This document shows, piece after piece, positions 8,903 to 17,927 of a DNA stretch of 64,000 bases (the stretch's first letter is position 1; each line of letters starts with the position of its first letter). The notes beneath the pieces are model-generated. The model was not told where the DNA came from. It saw only the letters and a list, made by a program, of their open reading frames with translations, and made no database searches. This DNA is from an uncultured Candidatus Saccharibacteria bacterium (lineage in GTDB: Bacteria > Patescibacteriota > Saccharimonadia > Saccharimonadales > Saccharimonadaceae): positions 82,011-146,010 of the forward strand of contig CAUSLI010000002.1 of NCBI GenBank assembly GCA_963532885.1, in the 5' to 3' direction. The position numbers and the translations under genes are program-made.

Positions 8903-10588
8903 ATGCCACAACACGAGAATGACCCGCGCGCACGTGATGCTGCCACGTGTAATATAAAACACTTTGAGCAGACAACAGAGCTAAGTGATTTGATGCAAGC
9001 AGTGAACCAGCTAGCTGGGGTTAACAGGATGAAGGACCATGCTGGCGGTAACGTGAGTGCTGCATGGCGCTACTGGATTAAAGAAGAAACAGCGCGGCAG
9101 TCGTTGGCGGCGGAGTTTGCGAAGCAACATGAGCTGGATAATCCTGATGAGATAGAATCAGCACTGAAAATATTCTTCATTGCAGAGACCTATCGTCATA
9201 AAAAAACGGACGAAGATAAGCTGACAGATCAGGCATATAGTGCTGCAGCAACCGAGACGCTTCGGTTTGCCTGTCGCTATTTGCCGCGCGAAACGATCAC
9301 GCATTTGTGGAAAGATAGTCAGCATGATGACGAGCGCGCCATGCATACCTTATGGCAGGCGGCTCGTATCGAGAAGTCGGATGACCATGAACATGCAGTT
9401 GACTTGCTGAATCTCTATACTATCATGGCGGGACACTCATCAGTCGTCAAGACGCTCCATTCGTCAGCTGCAGAAGAGATCATACCTAAGGACAGGCTAC
9501 ATGGTATGCGGGTATGCTGGCTGCATGAGCTAACAGACCGGCTGTACCCAACGAAACGCTACAGCCAAGATGAGCTCTATCAAAGTCAGACACTTTTTGC
9601 GGCGGACATACTAGAGCAGGCGTGGCGAGGCTATAATGAAAACCCAACGCTGCCGCTGCGGATGGCGACAGGGCTCCATAATCGTTACCACTCAGTGAGT
9701 GAGAAGTTCAAGCTCGAAGGCTACTACAAAAACTACAAACGAGACCTCATCAAGACAGTGCGGCTTATAGAGCGCTGTGGTGTTCGTACACTGATGGATG
9801 TGTATGATCACACTGGTATCAGTATGCTTGGGGACCTTGACTCAAAGCAGATAGACTTGATGAAGCATGTGATTAATAAAGATCCCCAGACACTCGAGAT
9901 GCTACAAAACAACCCAGTGACTGTTGTGCTGGGCAATACGCCGCTGGACGATCATAATGGTGCACTCTTCAATGTTAATCGACAGCATGGTGATCGCGAT
10001 ACATCCGCAACATTACACTTTGAGGTTGGCTTTGTGGAGTATGATATACCATACTATGTTGCATTTTTGCAAGAGCGTGGCATCCAGCCTTCGACTGTTA
10101 TTCTGGCAGGGCATGGCTCGCCAGGTGTAATAACGATGGGAATGGACCCAGAACAGGGGAATAGCAGTGCACTTGTGGGGGCTGACTGGTCGCTTGATGA
10201 GGCAATGGATATGCCGGGTATATCGACGATTGATATTACCTCTGATCCAACATTTGCGCAACTCTTTGCCCTGATGAAGCCGGATAGCCAGGGACTGTGC
10301 CGCGTGGTGCTTCACTCATGCTCGCAGGGGTCTGGTAGTGACTATTATGAGCCAGTTGCGGCTTCGATAGCGCACACCATGGCGGTGGCCCGAAGCGACA
10401 CGGCCGGCGTGGTATATGCTTCACCAGCGCCAGTAAGGGAAATAGATGTTATTGTAGAGGATAATAAAGCCTGGCTTGGTGCTGAGACAAAGCAATTCTC
10501 TACAGTGTACCACGAATTTTCTGGTGAGTACGAGGTAGTGGAGCAGCCAGTTGATCCACCAGCGGAAGCAATGAAGATAGCGGCGTAG
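8903..10588 (+). CDS. hypothetical protein; helical N-terminus and C-terminal clan CD (caspase/C80/DUF4347-like) His-Cys domain
   Basis: VILAGHGSPG and VVLHSCSQG motifs; AGAGGA SD before ATG 8903. Confidence 0.7.
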   Translation: MPQHENDPRARDAATCNIKHFEQTTELSDLMQAVNQLAGVNRMKDHAGGNVSAAWRYWIKEETARQSLAAEFAKQHELDNPDEIESALKIFFIAETYRHKKTDEDKLTDQAYSAAATETLRFACRYLPRETITHLWKDSQHDDERAMHTLWQAARIEKSDDHEHAVDLLNLYTIMAGHSSVVKTLHSSAAEEIIPKDRLHGMRVCWLHELTDRLYPTKRYSQDELYQSQTLFAADILEQAWRGYNENPTLPLRMATGLHNRYHSVSEKFKLEGYYKNYKRDLIKTVRLIERCGVRTLMDVYDHTGISMLGDLDSKQIDLMKHVINKDPQTLEMLQNNPVTVVLGNTPLDDHNGALFNVNRQHGDRDTSATLHFEVGFVEYDIPYYVAFLQERGIQPSTVILAGHGSPGVITMGMDPEQGNSSALVGADWSLDEAMDMPGISTIDITSDPTFAQLFALMKPDSQGLCRVVLHSCSQGSGSDYYEPVAASIAHTMAVARSDTAGVVYASPAPVREIDVIVEDNKAWLGAETKQFSTVYHEFSGEYEVVEQPVDPPAEAMKIAA

Positions 10589-10752
10589 AGTTACTCCCTT
10601 CCCAGCAAGAGTACAAGCTCATTTGCTATGCTTATGATTTTGTGCCTCGGCGTAAAGATGATCCTCCAAAAAACGCTAAACGCTCATCTGCAGAACTCCG
10701 AAGAGATAGAGGCTGCAGCGCGGTATAAATAACAGAAGCCTTTTACACAAAC

Positions 10753-10780
10753 AAAACCACCAGTGCTTACTGGTGGTTTC
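10753..10780. terminator. bidirectional terminator between convergent genes
   Basis: AAACCACCAGT/ACTGGTGGTTT perfect stem. Confidence 0.85.
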
Positions 10781-10790
10781 TTGCTGTGAG

Positions 10791-13136
10791 CTAACCCGAT
10801 ACACTTGGTGGTCGCGGTGATGTGGGGTGCGAGGTGCCACTCTGGACGGCGATGGACGTGCCGCGGCTGGGTGCTGTGCCAGGGCGGCGTGGTGGCGGGG
10901 TAGTGGTGCGTGGTGGGACGCTCATTGCGAGGCCGCCCAGGCTGCTGGCTGATGAGCCACTTGGGGGTGGTGGGCTGCTTGGAGGAGGCGTACCGCTACC
11001 ACCACTCGGGCTTGGTGGCCCGCTTGGAGGGGTGTTGCTATCTTTGCTACCCAGCTGTGTGGTGGCAGTATTCTTAGCACGATAACGCCGGATAAGGTAG
11101 AGAATAAGCACGGCAATGCCAACCAAGAGGGCAAGTAGCGAGATAAGGATGAAGACCCACAGTGGCTTGTCTTCGCCAGCGAGGAACTTGTCTAGGGTGA
11201 CCTTGCCGATGTGGCGCACCATTGGCGGCTGCTTCTTCTCATCGGGCTTTTTGTCGGTGCGGCATTCTGACCAAATGGCATCGGGGTAGGCGGTGGCCAG
11301 CAAGTACCATGCGGTCGAGGCCACAGAGTAAGCATTCGTCATCTGGTTGGCTTCGTCGACATTGGTAACGTAGGGCCAAGCACCGTTAGCCCCTTGGGAG
11401 CGGTACGTTCGCTGGGCGCTGGCAGCGACTTCGTCTTTGTTGCCTGCGACGTTGTAGGCCTGGGTGACGCCGAATGTCCCTTCGAACCAGACGGTGGGGG
11501 TGTACGTGCCAGTGAGGTATGGGGTGTAGCCCTGAGACCCGGCGCGGCTCATGGCAAAGTTGCGCGTGTAGGCCAGCGAGACCTTGGCTTTGTCGTACTC
11601 GCCGATTGCATTGAGGAAGATCGAGCCCCAGCTGGAGGTGTCCAGCGCTTTGGCATGGTCGTCGAGCCCTTGGTCAAAACGGTTCTCGGCTTTGTTCCAC
11701 AGTTTCTCCATAATGACTTTAGCCAGATTGTCGGCCTCTTGGCGGTAGCTGGCGTCGCCATAGACTTGCGAGGCTCGCTCGTACACATGCCAGAGGTCGG
11801 TATTATGCTCGGTGGAGTGCCAGGCGATTTCGAATTGCTTGTTGTTGTCATCGTCATTGATATTGGTGCCGCCGCGATAGAGGCCGGCACCGGGGCCGGA
11901 TGTGCTTTTCTTGGTCTTGACCCAGGCCAGAGCGGAGCGCACCATGCTACTAACGCCATTGATATCGCCAAACTTCTCTTGGTAGCGGATGAGCGCGTAG
12001 AGGACGAAGGCGACACCGCCAGTGTAGTAGCGGGCCTGCTGGTTGCTGGGGTCGAGCTGGTGGGCGCTAGAGGGGAAGGCCCCGCGCGACCGACCGGACT
12101 TGACCTGGATAGTCTTGAAGCCATTGACGAGCTGGTCTGCCATTGCTTTATCGCCCGCACCAACCGCCACGAGCAGCGCGAGCGACTGATCGTACATAAA
12201 TGAATAATGCACTCGGTGTGTGCCATAGCCATCCTGGCCAGGCGAGAACTCGTATGAGCGGATCAGCCCCGCCAGCTGTGGCTGGAAGTACTCAGCGAGG
12301 ATCTTGTTGCTGCGCGTATCCACCAGGCGCAGCATTTTGTGGCCCTTCTCGGTACCCGGAAAGCTAAAGGTACGGTTGGTGTTGGCGGCTTGCTTGGCCA
12401 CGAGGTAGGTTTGGTCGGTGATGACGTAGGATTGGATCTCGACATTTTGGTACTCCGTGACGCGTGGCCAGCTCTCGCCGAGGGGTTGGCCGCTACTGGC
12501 ATCGTAGAGACGGAAGCGCCACTCGCCGCCAATGCTGCCATCGACTGGCGAGAGGTCGAGCGTCCAGCTGCCATCACTCTGCACCTGGGCAGGAGTAACC
12601 TTGCCTTGCTCGTACTCGGCATCGGTAGCGCGGAAGGCCTTAACGACGCGGCTGCCACCGGTGGGCGCTTTGCCCGAGACTTTGCCGCGGTAGGTGCCTG
12701 GCACAGATGATGGTGAAGTAACGGAGAGGGGTGTGGGATTACCAGTGGCATAGCTACCACTGTTCTTGAGCTGGAATGAGCCCTTTATCTCGCCAGTGTA
12801 ATCTGTGCCGTACTGCTTGGCAGCGGTGATGGTGCTGCCATCGCCAGCGTTGCGGATGGGCTGCATGAGGCCGCGAAGGTTGGCGAGGGCCTTAGCGGCG
12901 CGGGCTTTGTCGGTCGGGGAACTCAGCACTGTAGTCTTGAAGCGCATCGTGTTGGGGTCGCAGATGTCGGGTTTATCGTCTTTTTTGGTGGATGAGTTGG
13001 AGCTGGAATTCGTGGCGGGCTCGGCCATTGCCACCTGGTGCAGCTGCACAAAGCCAACGGCCAGTACCACCACTGCTGCTACGCCTGCAAACCGAAAATC
13101 CGTCCAATATCGTCTCACTTCTGCTATACTCCTCAC
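10791..13136 (-). CDS. exported, C-terminally membrane-anchored six-hairpin (alpha/alpha)6 glycosidase-like protein
   Basis: signal peptide; YDQSLA, WHSTEHNTD, ALDTSSWG, VWFEGT motifs; TM helix then Pro/Ser-rich tail; start may be GTG at 13118. Confidence 0.7.
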   Translation of the reverse strand: MRSIAEVRRYWTDFRFAGVAAVVVLAVGFVQLHQVAMAEPATNSSSNSSTKKDDKPDICDPNTMRFKTTVLSSPTDKARAAKALANLRGLMQPIRNAGDGSTITAAKQYGTDYTGEIKGSFQLKNSGSYATGNPTPLSVTSPSSVPGTYRGKVSGKAPTGGSRVVKAFRATDAEYEQGKVTPAQVQSDGSWTLDLSPVDGSIGGEWRFRLYDASSGQPLGESWPRVTEYQNVEIQSYVITDQTYLVAKQAANTNRTFSFPGTEKGHKMLRLVDTRSNKILAEYFQPQLAGLIRSYEFSPGQDGYGTHRVHYSFMYDQSLALLVAVGAGDKAMADQLVNGFKTIQVKSGRSRGAFPSSAHQLDPSNQQARYYTGGVAFVLYALIRYQEKFGDINGVSSMVRSALAWVKTKKSTSGPGAGLYRGGTNINDDDNNKQFEIAWHSTEHNTDLWHVYERASQVYGDASYRQEADNLAKVIMEKLWNKAENRFDQGLDDHAKALDTSSWGSIFLNAIGEYDKAKVSLAYTRNFAMSRAGSQGYTPYLTGTYTPTVWFEGTFGVTQAYNVAGNKDEVAASAQRTYRSQGANGAWPYVTNVDEANQMTNAYSVASTAWYLLATAYPDAIWSECRTDKKPDEKKQPPMVRHIGKVTLDKFLAGEDKPLWVFILISLLALLVGIAVLILYLIRRYRAKNTATTQLGSKDSNTPPSGPPSPSGGSGTPPPSSPPPPSGSSASSLGGLAMSVPPRTTTPPPRRPGTAPSRGTSIAVQSGTSHPTSPRPPSVSG

Positions 13137-13436
13137 CTCGCTGATTAGCCGTTGGGTATTGCCTGTGAGTATAGCATAACCATTTGCAATATCACAGCAT
13201 AAGCGGTATAGCTTGAACAGAGATTAACAGAGGTGGAGGGAAGTGATTGGTGAGGATATTTGAGAATGGATAGACTAGTTGGTGGCAGCAAATTTTTGGC
13301 CTTGGCGCTGGTGGGCCGAGACCGACGAGAGGTTGATCCTGGCAAATATTCCATCGACAGAACAGTATGGCATGCTGCGGTAAGTTGCAGAGTCTAGGCG
13401 CTACATAGACCAGTGATCCTTGGGTGATGCTCGCGT

Positions 13437-13465
13437 TTGACATTCCTCGCCGCATGGCGCACAAT
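13437..13465 (+). promoter_or_regulatory. sigma70 promoter of DUF2207 gene (leaderless start)
   Basis: TTGACA-N17-CACAAT, 6 nt before ATG 13472. Confidence 0.65.
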
Positions 13466-13471
13466 CGATAT

Positions 13472-15319
13472 ATGAGAATGACACGCGTTATATCTGCAAT
13501 CGGTGTCTGCTTGGTGCTGCTGGGCACCGCGCTCGGGGCAGTGCCAATGCAGGCCGATACATCGGTACGAGCCTATTCATCATCGAGCAGCAGCAAAGAT
13601 AATTTTACCATTACCAAATATGCGGTTGATATGGAGCTCGGGCGCGATAGCGAGAAGCGATCCACCCTCAAGACGAAGCTCGCCATTACAGCAAACTTCC
13701 CACCAGAGCAGAATCATGGCCTCGCACCGGAGTTCGTTACGCAGTACAAGGGCCACCACACGAGCTTTGCGCTTGGCTCGGTGCAGGATGAGCATGGTAA
13801 GGATTATGAATATAGTTGGTCGGGCGACACCCTGCGCATTGGCAACAAAGACACCTATGTCTCGGGTAGCAAGACATACGTCATTACCTACACCCAGCGT
13901 GATGTAACGTGGAACTATGGCGACACACAAAAGAATGAGTTTTATTGGGATGTGATTGGTACGTCGTGGCGAGTACCTATTAGTAATGCTAGCGCCAGGC
14001 TCAAGCTGAGCCCCGAGCTTGCCGCCATCAGCCGGACGCCGCCGCAGTGTTACATTGGCAGGCAAGGGAGTCGCACCACCTGCACCGTCACGTCGCCGAG
14101 CGTCGACACCATAACTGCCTCAGTGGGTTACCTCGCGCCATATGCTGGCATGACGCTGGCGCTGGGCTTCCCGCAGGGCACCTTTGCGGAATATAAAAAG
14201 ACGCCCGGGGAGGTGTTTCAAGAGCGGCTGGAGGCGCTTCTCCCACTCATATTCTTTGTGAGTATGCTAGTGCTGGGGCTTGCTTCGAGTGTGGTGTATT
14301 GGCTCTATCAGCGGGCGATTGGCCGGAGCAAGGAGCTAGGGACGATTGTGCCAGAATACTTGCCACCTCCCAACACAAGTGTGACAACAGCGGCAGAGAT
14401 CGTGCGGCCATTCCGGATGGTAAAGGGCTCGGCCATGGCGGCGCAGATGATCGACTGGGCAGTGCGGCACTACATTCGTTTGATCGAGGTCAAGCCCAAG
14501 ACATTCTTCTCGCGGGCGCAGTACAAGCTTGAAGTCGTCAAGGATGTGAGCAGCCTCCACCCCGAGGAGCAAGAGATCCTGGGCGATATCTTTGGTCACC
14601 TGCCTGCAGTGGGAGAGCGCATCAACCTCAAGACGCTGCGCAACAATACCTCCTACGCCTTCCGCCTGAGCGATAACGCCAAGAAGCTTGATGAGCTCAT
14701 CGACCACACCTACAAGCTGCGCGACACAAGCCGGAAGGGCACACGGGGCTTCCGTATCTTTGCGGGTGTGCTGGGTGCCTTGGTGCTGGTGCTGTGTGCA
14801 GCCACGATGTTTGTGCCGTTCCTCAGCGGGCTGCAATTCCTCTTCTTCCCAGGGGTCTTTATTGTGATTATCATTGGCAAGCTGGGCTTTGCTAAGCCAC
14901 TATCGGACGAAGGGCTGGCATTGCGCCGCTACCTGCTGGGGCTCAAGATGTATATCCGCTACGCCGAGGCCGACCGCCTGCGCCTGCTGCAGAGCCCTGA
15001 GACTGCCGAGAAGGTGGATATTGGCGACCACGCTCAGCTCGTCAAACTCTACGAGCGGGTCTTGCCCTATGCTGTGCTCTTTGGCCAAGAGAAGCAGTGG
15101 AGCCAGCAGCTGGGGCAGTACTATGAGGAAGTGGGCACTCAGCCCGATTGGTATGCTGGCCACGGTGCCTTCAATGCAGCGATGTTCGTCTCAAGCATGA
15201 GTAGCCTGTCGAGCTCTACCTCTGTGGGGTCAAGCGACTTCTCGTCATCGAGCGGTGGCTCGACTGGTGGTGGCTTCTCTGGCGGCGGCGGAGGCGGCGG
15301 AGGCGGCGGCGGGTGGTAG
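13472..15319 (+). CDS. DUF2207 family membrane protein
   Basis: EFYWDVIG, LYERVLPYAVLFG, terminal GGGFSGGGGGGGGGGGW. Confidence 0.92.
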   Translation: MRMTRVISAIGVCLVLLGTALGAVPMQADTSVRAYSSSSSSKDNFTITKYAVDMELGRDSEKRSTLKTKLAITANFPPEQNHGLAPEFVTQYKGHHTSFALGSVQDEHGKDYEYSWSGDTLRIGNKDTYVSGSKTYVITYTQRDVTWNYGDTQKNEFYWDVIGTSWRVPISNASARLKLSPELAAISRTPPQCYIGRQGSRTTCTVTSPSVDTITASVGYLAPYAGMTLALGFPQGTFAEYKKTPGEVFQERLEALLPLIFFVSMLVLGLASSVVYWLYQRAIGRSKELGTIVPEYLPPPNTSVTTAAEIVRPFRMVKGSAMAAQMIDWAVRHYIRLIEVKPKTFFSRAQYKLEVVKDVSSLHPEEQEILGDIFGHLPAVGERINLKTLRNNTSYAFRLSDNAKKLDELIDHTYKLRDTSRKGTRGFRIFAGVLGALVLVLCAATMFVPFLSGLQFLFFPGVFIVIIIGKLGFAKPLSDEGLALRRYLLGLKMYIRYAEADRLRLLQSPETAEKVDIGDHAQLVKLYERVLPYAVLFGQEKQWSQQLGQYYEEVGTQPDWYAGHGAFNAAMFVSSMSSLSSSTSVGSSDFSSSSGGSTGGGFSGGGGGGGGGGGW

Positions 15320-15375
15320 AGCCCGCTCGCCCCAGCGCGTAGCTATATCTCAACCCTTCTTTTGCAACAACAAAC

Positions 15376-15404
15376 AAGCGGCCACTCTCTCATAGTGGTC
15401 GCTT
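15376..15404. terminator. probable bidirectional terminator
   Basis: AAGCGGCCACT/AGTGGTCGCTT stem between the DUF2207 gene and the convergent small-ORF transcript. Confidence 0.7.
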
Positions 15405-15559
15405 CTTGATGTAAGAACAAAAAACAAGTCTGCTAAGAACATAGCCCACCAACCATACTCAAACTAAACCCGGATATATCTCAACCCGAGAGTGCGCTAC
15501 AGGCACTACGATCAGATTGAGATGATTCTAGTGAGCTATGCTCGGTGGGCTAGGAGCCC

Positions 15560-15652
15560 TTAATCTTCGATGTCTCCGGCGCACATAGTAATGACGATCA
15601 GCATCAGAATGATGCCGCCTATTCCAAGTCCGTGGACAAGAACGTCTTCCAT
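15560..15652 (-). CDS. 30-aa hydrophobic small protein (type I toxin-like), not in ORF track
   Basis: MEDVLVHGLGIGGIILMLIVITMCAGDIED; AGGAGGTGA SD; upstream TTGACA-N17-TATATA promoter. Confidence 0.7.
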   Translation of the reverse strand: MEDVLVHGLGIGGIILMLIVITMCAGDIED

Positions 15653-15733
15653 CCTTCTCACCTCCTCTCTCAGAAAGTGAGCTCGAAGCAAAGGGCAACT
15701 CTTGCCCTAAGCCAAACTTCGAGCAAAAGTTAA

Positions 15734-15762
15734 TATATATCAATATATGAACCCTGTGTCAA
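15734..15762 (-). promoter_or_regulatory. sigma70 promoter for the small-protein transcript
   Basis: minus strand TTGACA (15762-15757), 17-nt spacer, TGa-TATATA. Confidence 0.65.
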
Positions 15763-15912
15763 ATTTTTGCCAGCTCCAGTTCCAAAATATCACTGTCGAT
15801 AATCGTGCATAGCTTTTAGATACAAACTAGCGCACGCACCATTTTTCATTTCCGGCTTGGTGCTTTGTGGCGAACTTGGTATACTTGGTACGAGACATAA
15901 GGAAAACACATC

Positions 15913-16746
15913 ATGGATTGGCTGCATATTATTATTCTTGGCATTGTCGAGGGGATTACCGAGTTTTTGCCCATCTCGAGCACGGGCCACTTGATGCTGG
16001 CAGAGAAGTTGCTGGGCTACTCGGTGAGCGACCCGGGGCTTGTTGCCTTTACGGCGGTGGTGCAGATTGGGGCGATTGCTGCGGCGATTGTTTATTTCTG
16101 GCAGGATATTTGGCGCATTGCCTCGGCGTGGTGTGCTGGCGTGGTGAACCCGCGGGCGCGGACGTTTCACTACCGAATGGGGTGGTATGTCATCATTGGT
16201 TCGCTGCCGATTGCAGTGGTGGGGCTACTCCTGAAGGATACGATCGAGACGGTGCTGCGCGGCCTGTGGTTTGTCGCGGCTGGGCTGATGATGTGGAGCA
16301 TTGTACTGTTTTTGGCCGACCGCCGGGGGCGCGAGACACGCCATGAGCGCAACCTCACCTGGCGTGATGCTATGGCAATGGGCCTGATGCAGTGCCTATC
16401 GCTCATCCCGGGGGTGTCGCGCTCGGGAGCGACGATTGCCTCGGGGCTATTCCGCGATATCGACCGCACCACTGCCACACGGATGAGCTTTTTCCTGGGG
16501 ATTCCGGCATTGATGGCAGCTGGTGGGTTAGAAGCCATCACACAATCGCACCAGATTGGCCGCTTGATTGGCTGGCCGCAGATGATACTGGGGATTATCA
16601 TATCCTTTGTGGTGGGGTATGTGGCGATCTCGTGGTTGCTGCGCTTTGTCTCGAATAACTCATTCGATAAGTTCGTCGCCTACCGCTTGGTGCTGAGTAC
16701 ATTACTTATCATCCTGCTTGCGGTGGGTGTGTTGGCACCGGTGTAA
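15913..16746 (+). CDS. uppP: undecaprenyl-diphosphate phosphatase (BacA)
   Basis: GIVEGITEFLPISSTGH, PGVSRSGATI. Confidence 0.97.
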   Translation: MDWLHIIILGIVEGITEFLPISSTGHLMLAEKLLGYSVSDPGLVAFTAVVQIGAIAAAIVYFWQDIWRIASAWCAGVVNPRARTFHYRMGWYVIIGSLPIAVVGLLLKDTIETVLRGLWFVAAGLMMWSIVLFLADRRGRETRHERNLTWRDAMAMGLMQCLSLIPGVSRSGATIASGLFRDIDRTTATRMSFFLGIPALMAAGGLEAITQSHQIGRLIGWPQMILGIIISFVVGYVAISWLLRFVSNNSFDKFVAYRLVLSTLLIILLAVGVLAPV

Positions 16747-17082
16747 TTTCTCCATGCTTGTTTTCAGACTTACCTCACGTCCTATTGAGCAGGGGAGTGA
16801 ATCTTTTTTGAAGACATCGGCCTTCTAGAGATCATGCTCAAGATCGTTTGGCGTTTCGTTTGAATGAGTATAGCGGTGTTTTTATGGCGACGCGTTTTTG
16901 TACTCCACCCAGATGAAGTAGGGGGAGTATTAGTTCATATATGCAAGGTTTCTAGATTCAGTCTTGTTATAATTTTGCTTCTGAAGCGCTAGAAAAAACA
17001 TTGCAATGTTGTTCACTTCGTTTGCTCTCGCTGAGTGATTGCGGTATAATTGCTATTAACATTAGCAGCTTATGGAGGCGCA

Positions 17083-17925
17083 ATGATCGAAATAAAAAAC
17101 ATTACAAAAGTCTATGGCAAGAAGAAAAACACCTTCACCGCCCTCAAGGATGTAAGTCTTGCAATTGAGGAGGGATCGAGCGTGGCAGTGCTGGGCAAGT
17201 CAGGCTCGGGCAAGTCCACGCTGATGCATGCTATCTCTGGCCTGGATAAGCCGCAGCAGGGCGAGGTGATCATCAATGGTGAAGATATCTTGCGGCTCAA
17301 GCGCAAGGCGACCGACCGCTTTCGAGCGCGGACGATGGGTTTCATATTCCAGAGTTTCTTTGTGGAGGGTGGCGAGAGCTGCTATGACAATGTGAGTCTG
17401 TCGCTCGAGACCGCAGGTGTGCCGCGCAGTCAGCGCAGGCGGCGTATCGTGGCGGCGCTCGAGGCGGTTGGCTTGGAAGATAAGATCAAAGCGCGGGCCA
17501 AGGACCTCAGTGGTGGGCAAAAGCAGCGCCTAGCGATCGCTCGAGCAATTGCTGCTGAGCCGCAGATTCTCTTTGCCGACGAGCCGACGGGCAATCTCGA
17601 CTCAGCAACTTCTGCAGTGGTGGAAGACCTGCTCTTTCGTTACGCCAAGGAGCATGGTGCGACGCTTATCATCGTTACACACGACGAGGATCTCGCGCAG
17701 CGCTGCCAGCGTATTATTCGCATCAAAGATGGGGTGATTGATCACGACAGCGCTATGGATGATAAGGCGACAGCTTCTCCCAAGGCTAAAAAGGCGCCAA
17801 CTCGTCGCCCAGCCAAAGCCACAGCACCTGCCTCGCGGCCCAAGAAAACAACGAAAAAAGCCACGAGCACCACCACAAAAGCCAAATCCACAACCACCAA
17901 GCCAACAACAAGGAGGGCAGACTAA
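17083..17925 (+). CDS. MacB/LolD-like ABC transporter ATP-binding protein with Lys/Thr/Ala-rich tail
   Basis: [31 protein letters not shown]. Confidence 0.93.
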   Translation: MIEIKNITKVYGKKKNTFTALKDVSLAIEEGSSVAVLGKSGSGKSTLMHAISGLDKPQQGEVIINGEDILRLKRKATDRFRARTMGFIFQSFFVEGGESCYDNVSLSLETAGVPRSQRRRRIVAALEAVGLEDKIKARAKDLSGGQKQRLAIARAIAAEPQILFADEPTGNLDSATSAVVEDLLFRYAKEHGATLIIVTHDEDLAQRCQRIIRIKDGVIDHDSAMDDKATASPKAKKAPTRRPAKATAPASRPKKTTKKATSTTTKAKSTTTKPTTRRAD

Positions 17926-17927
17926 CC

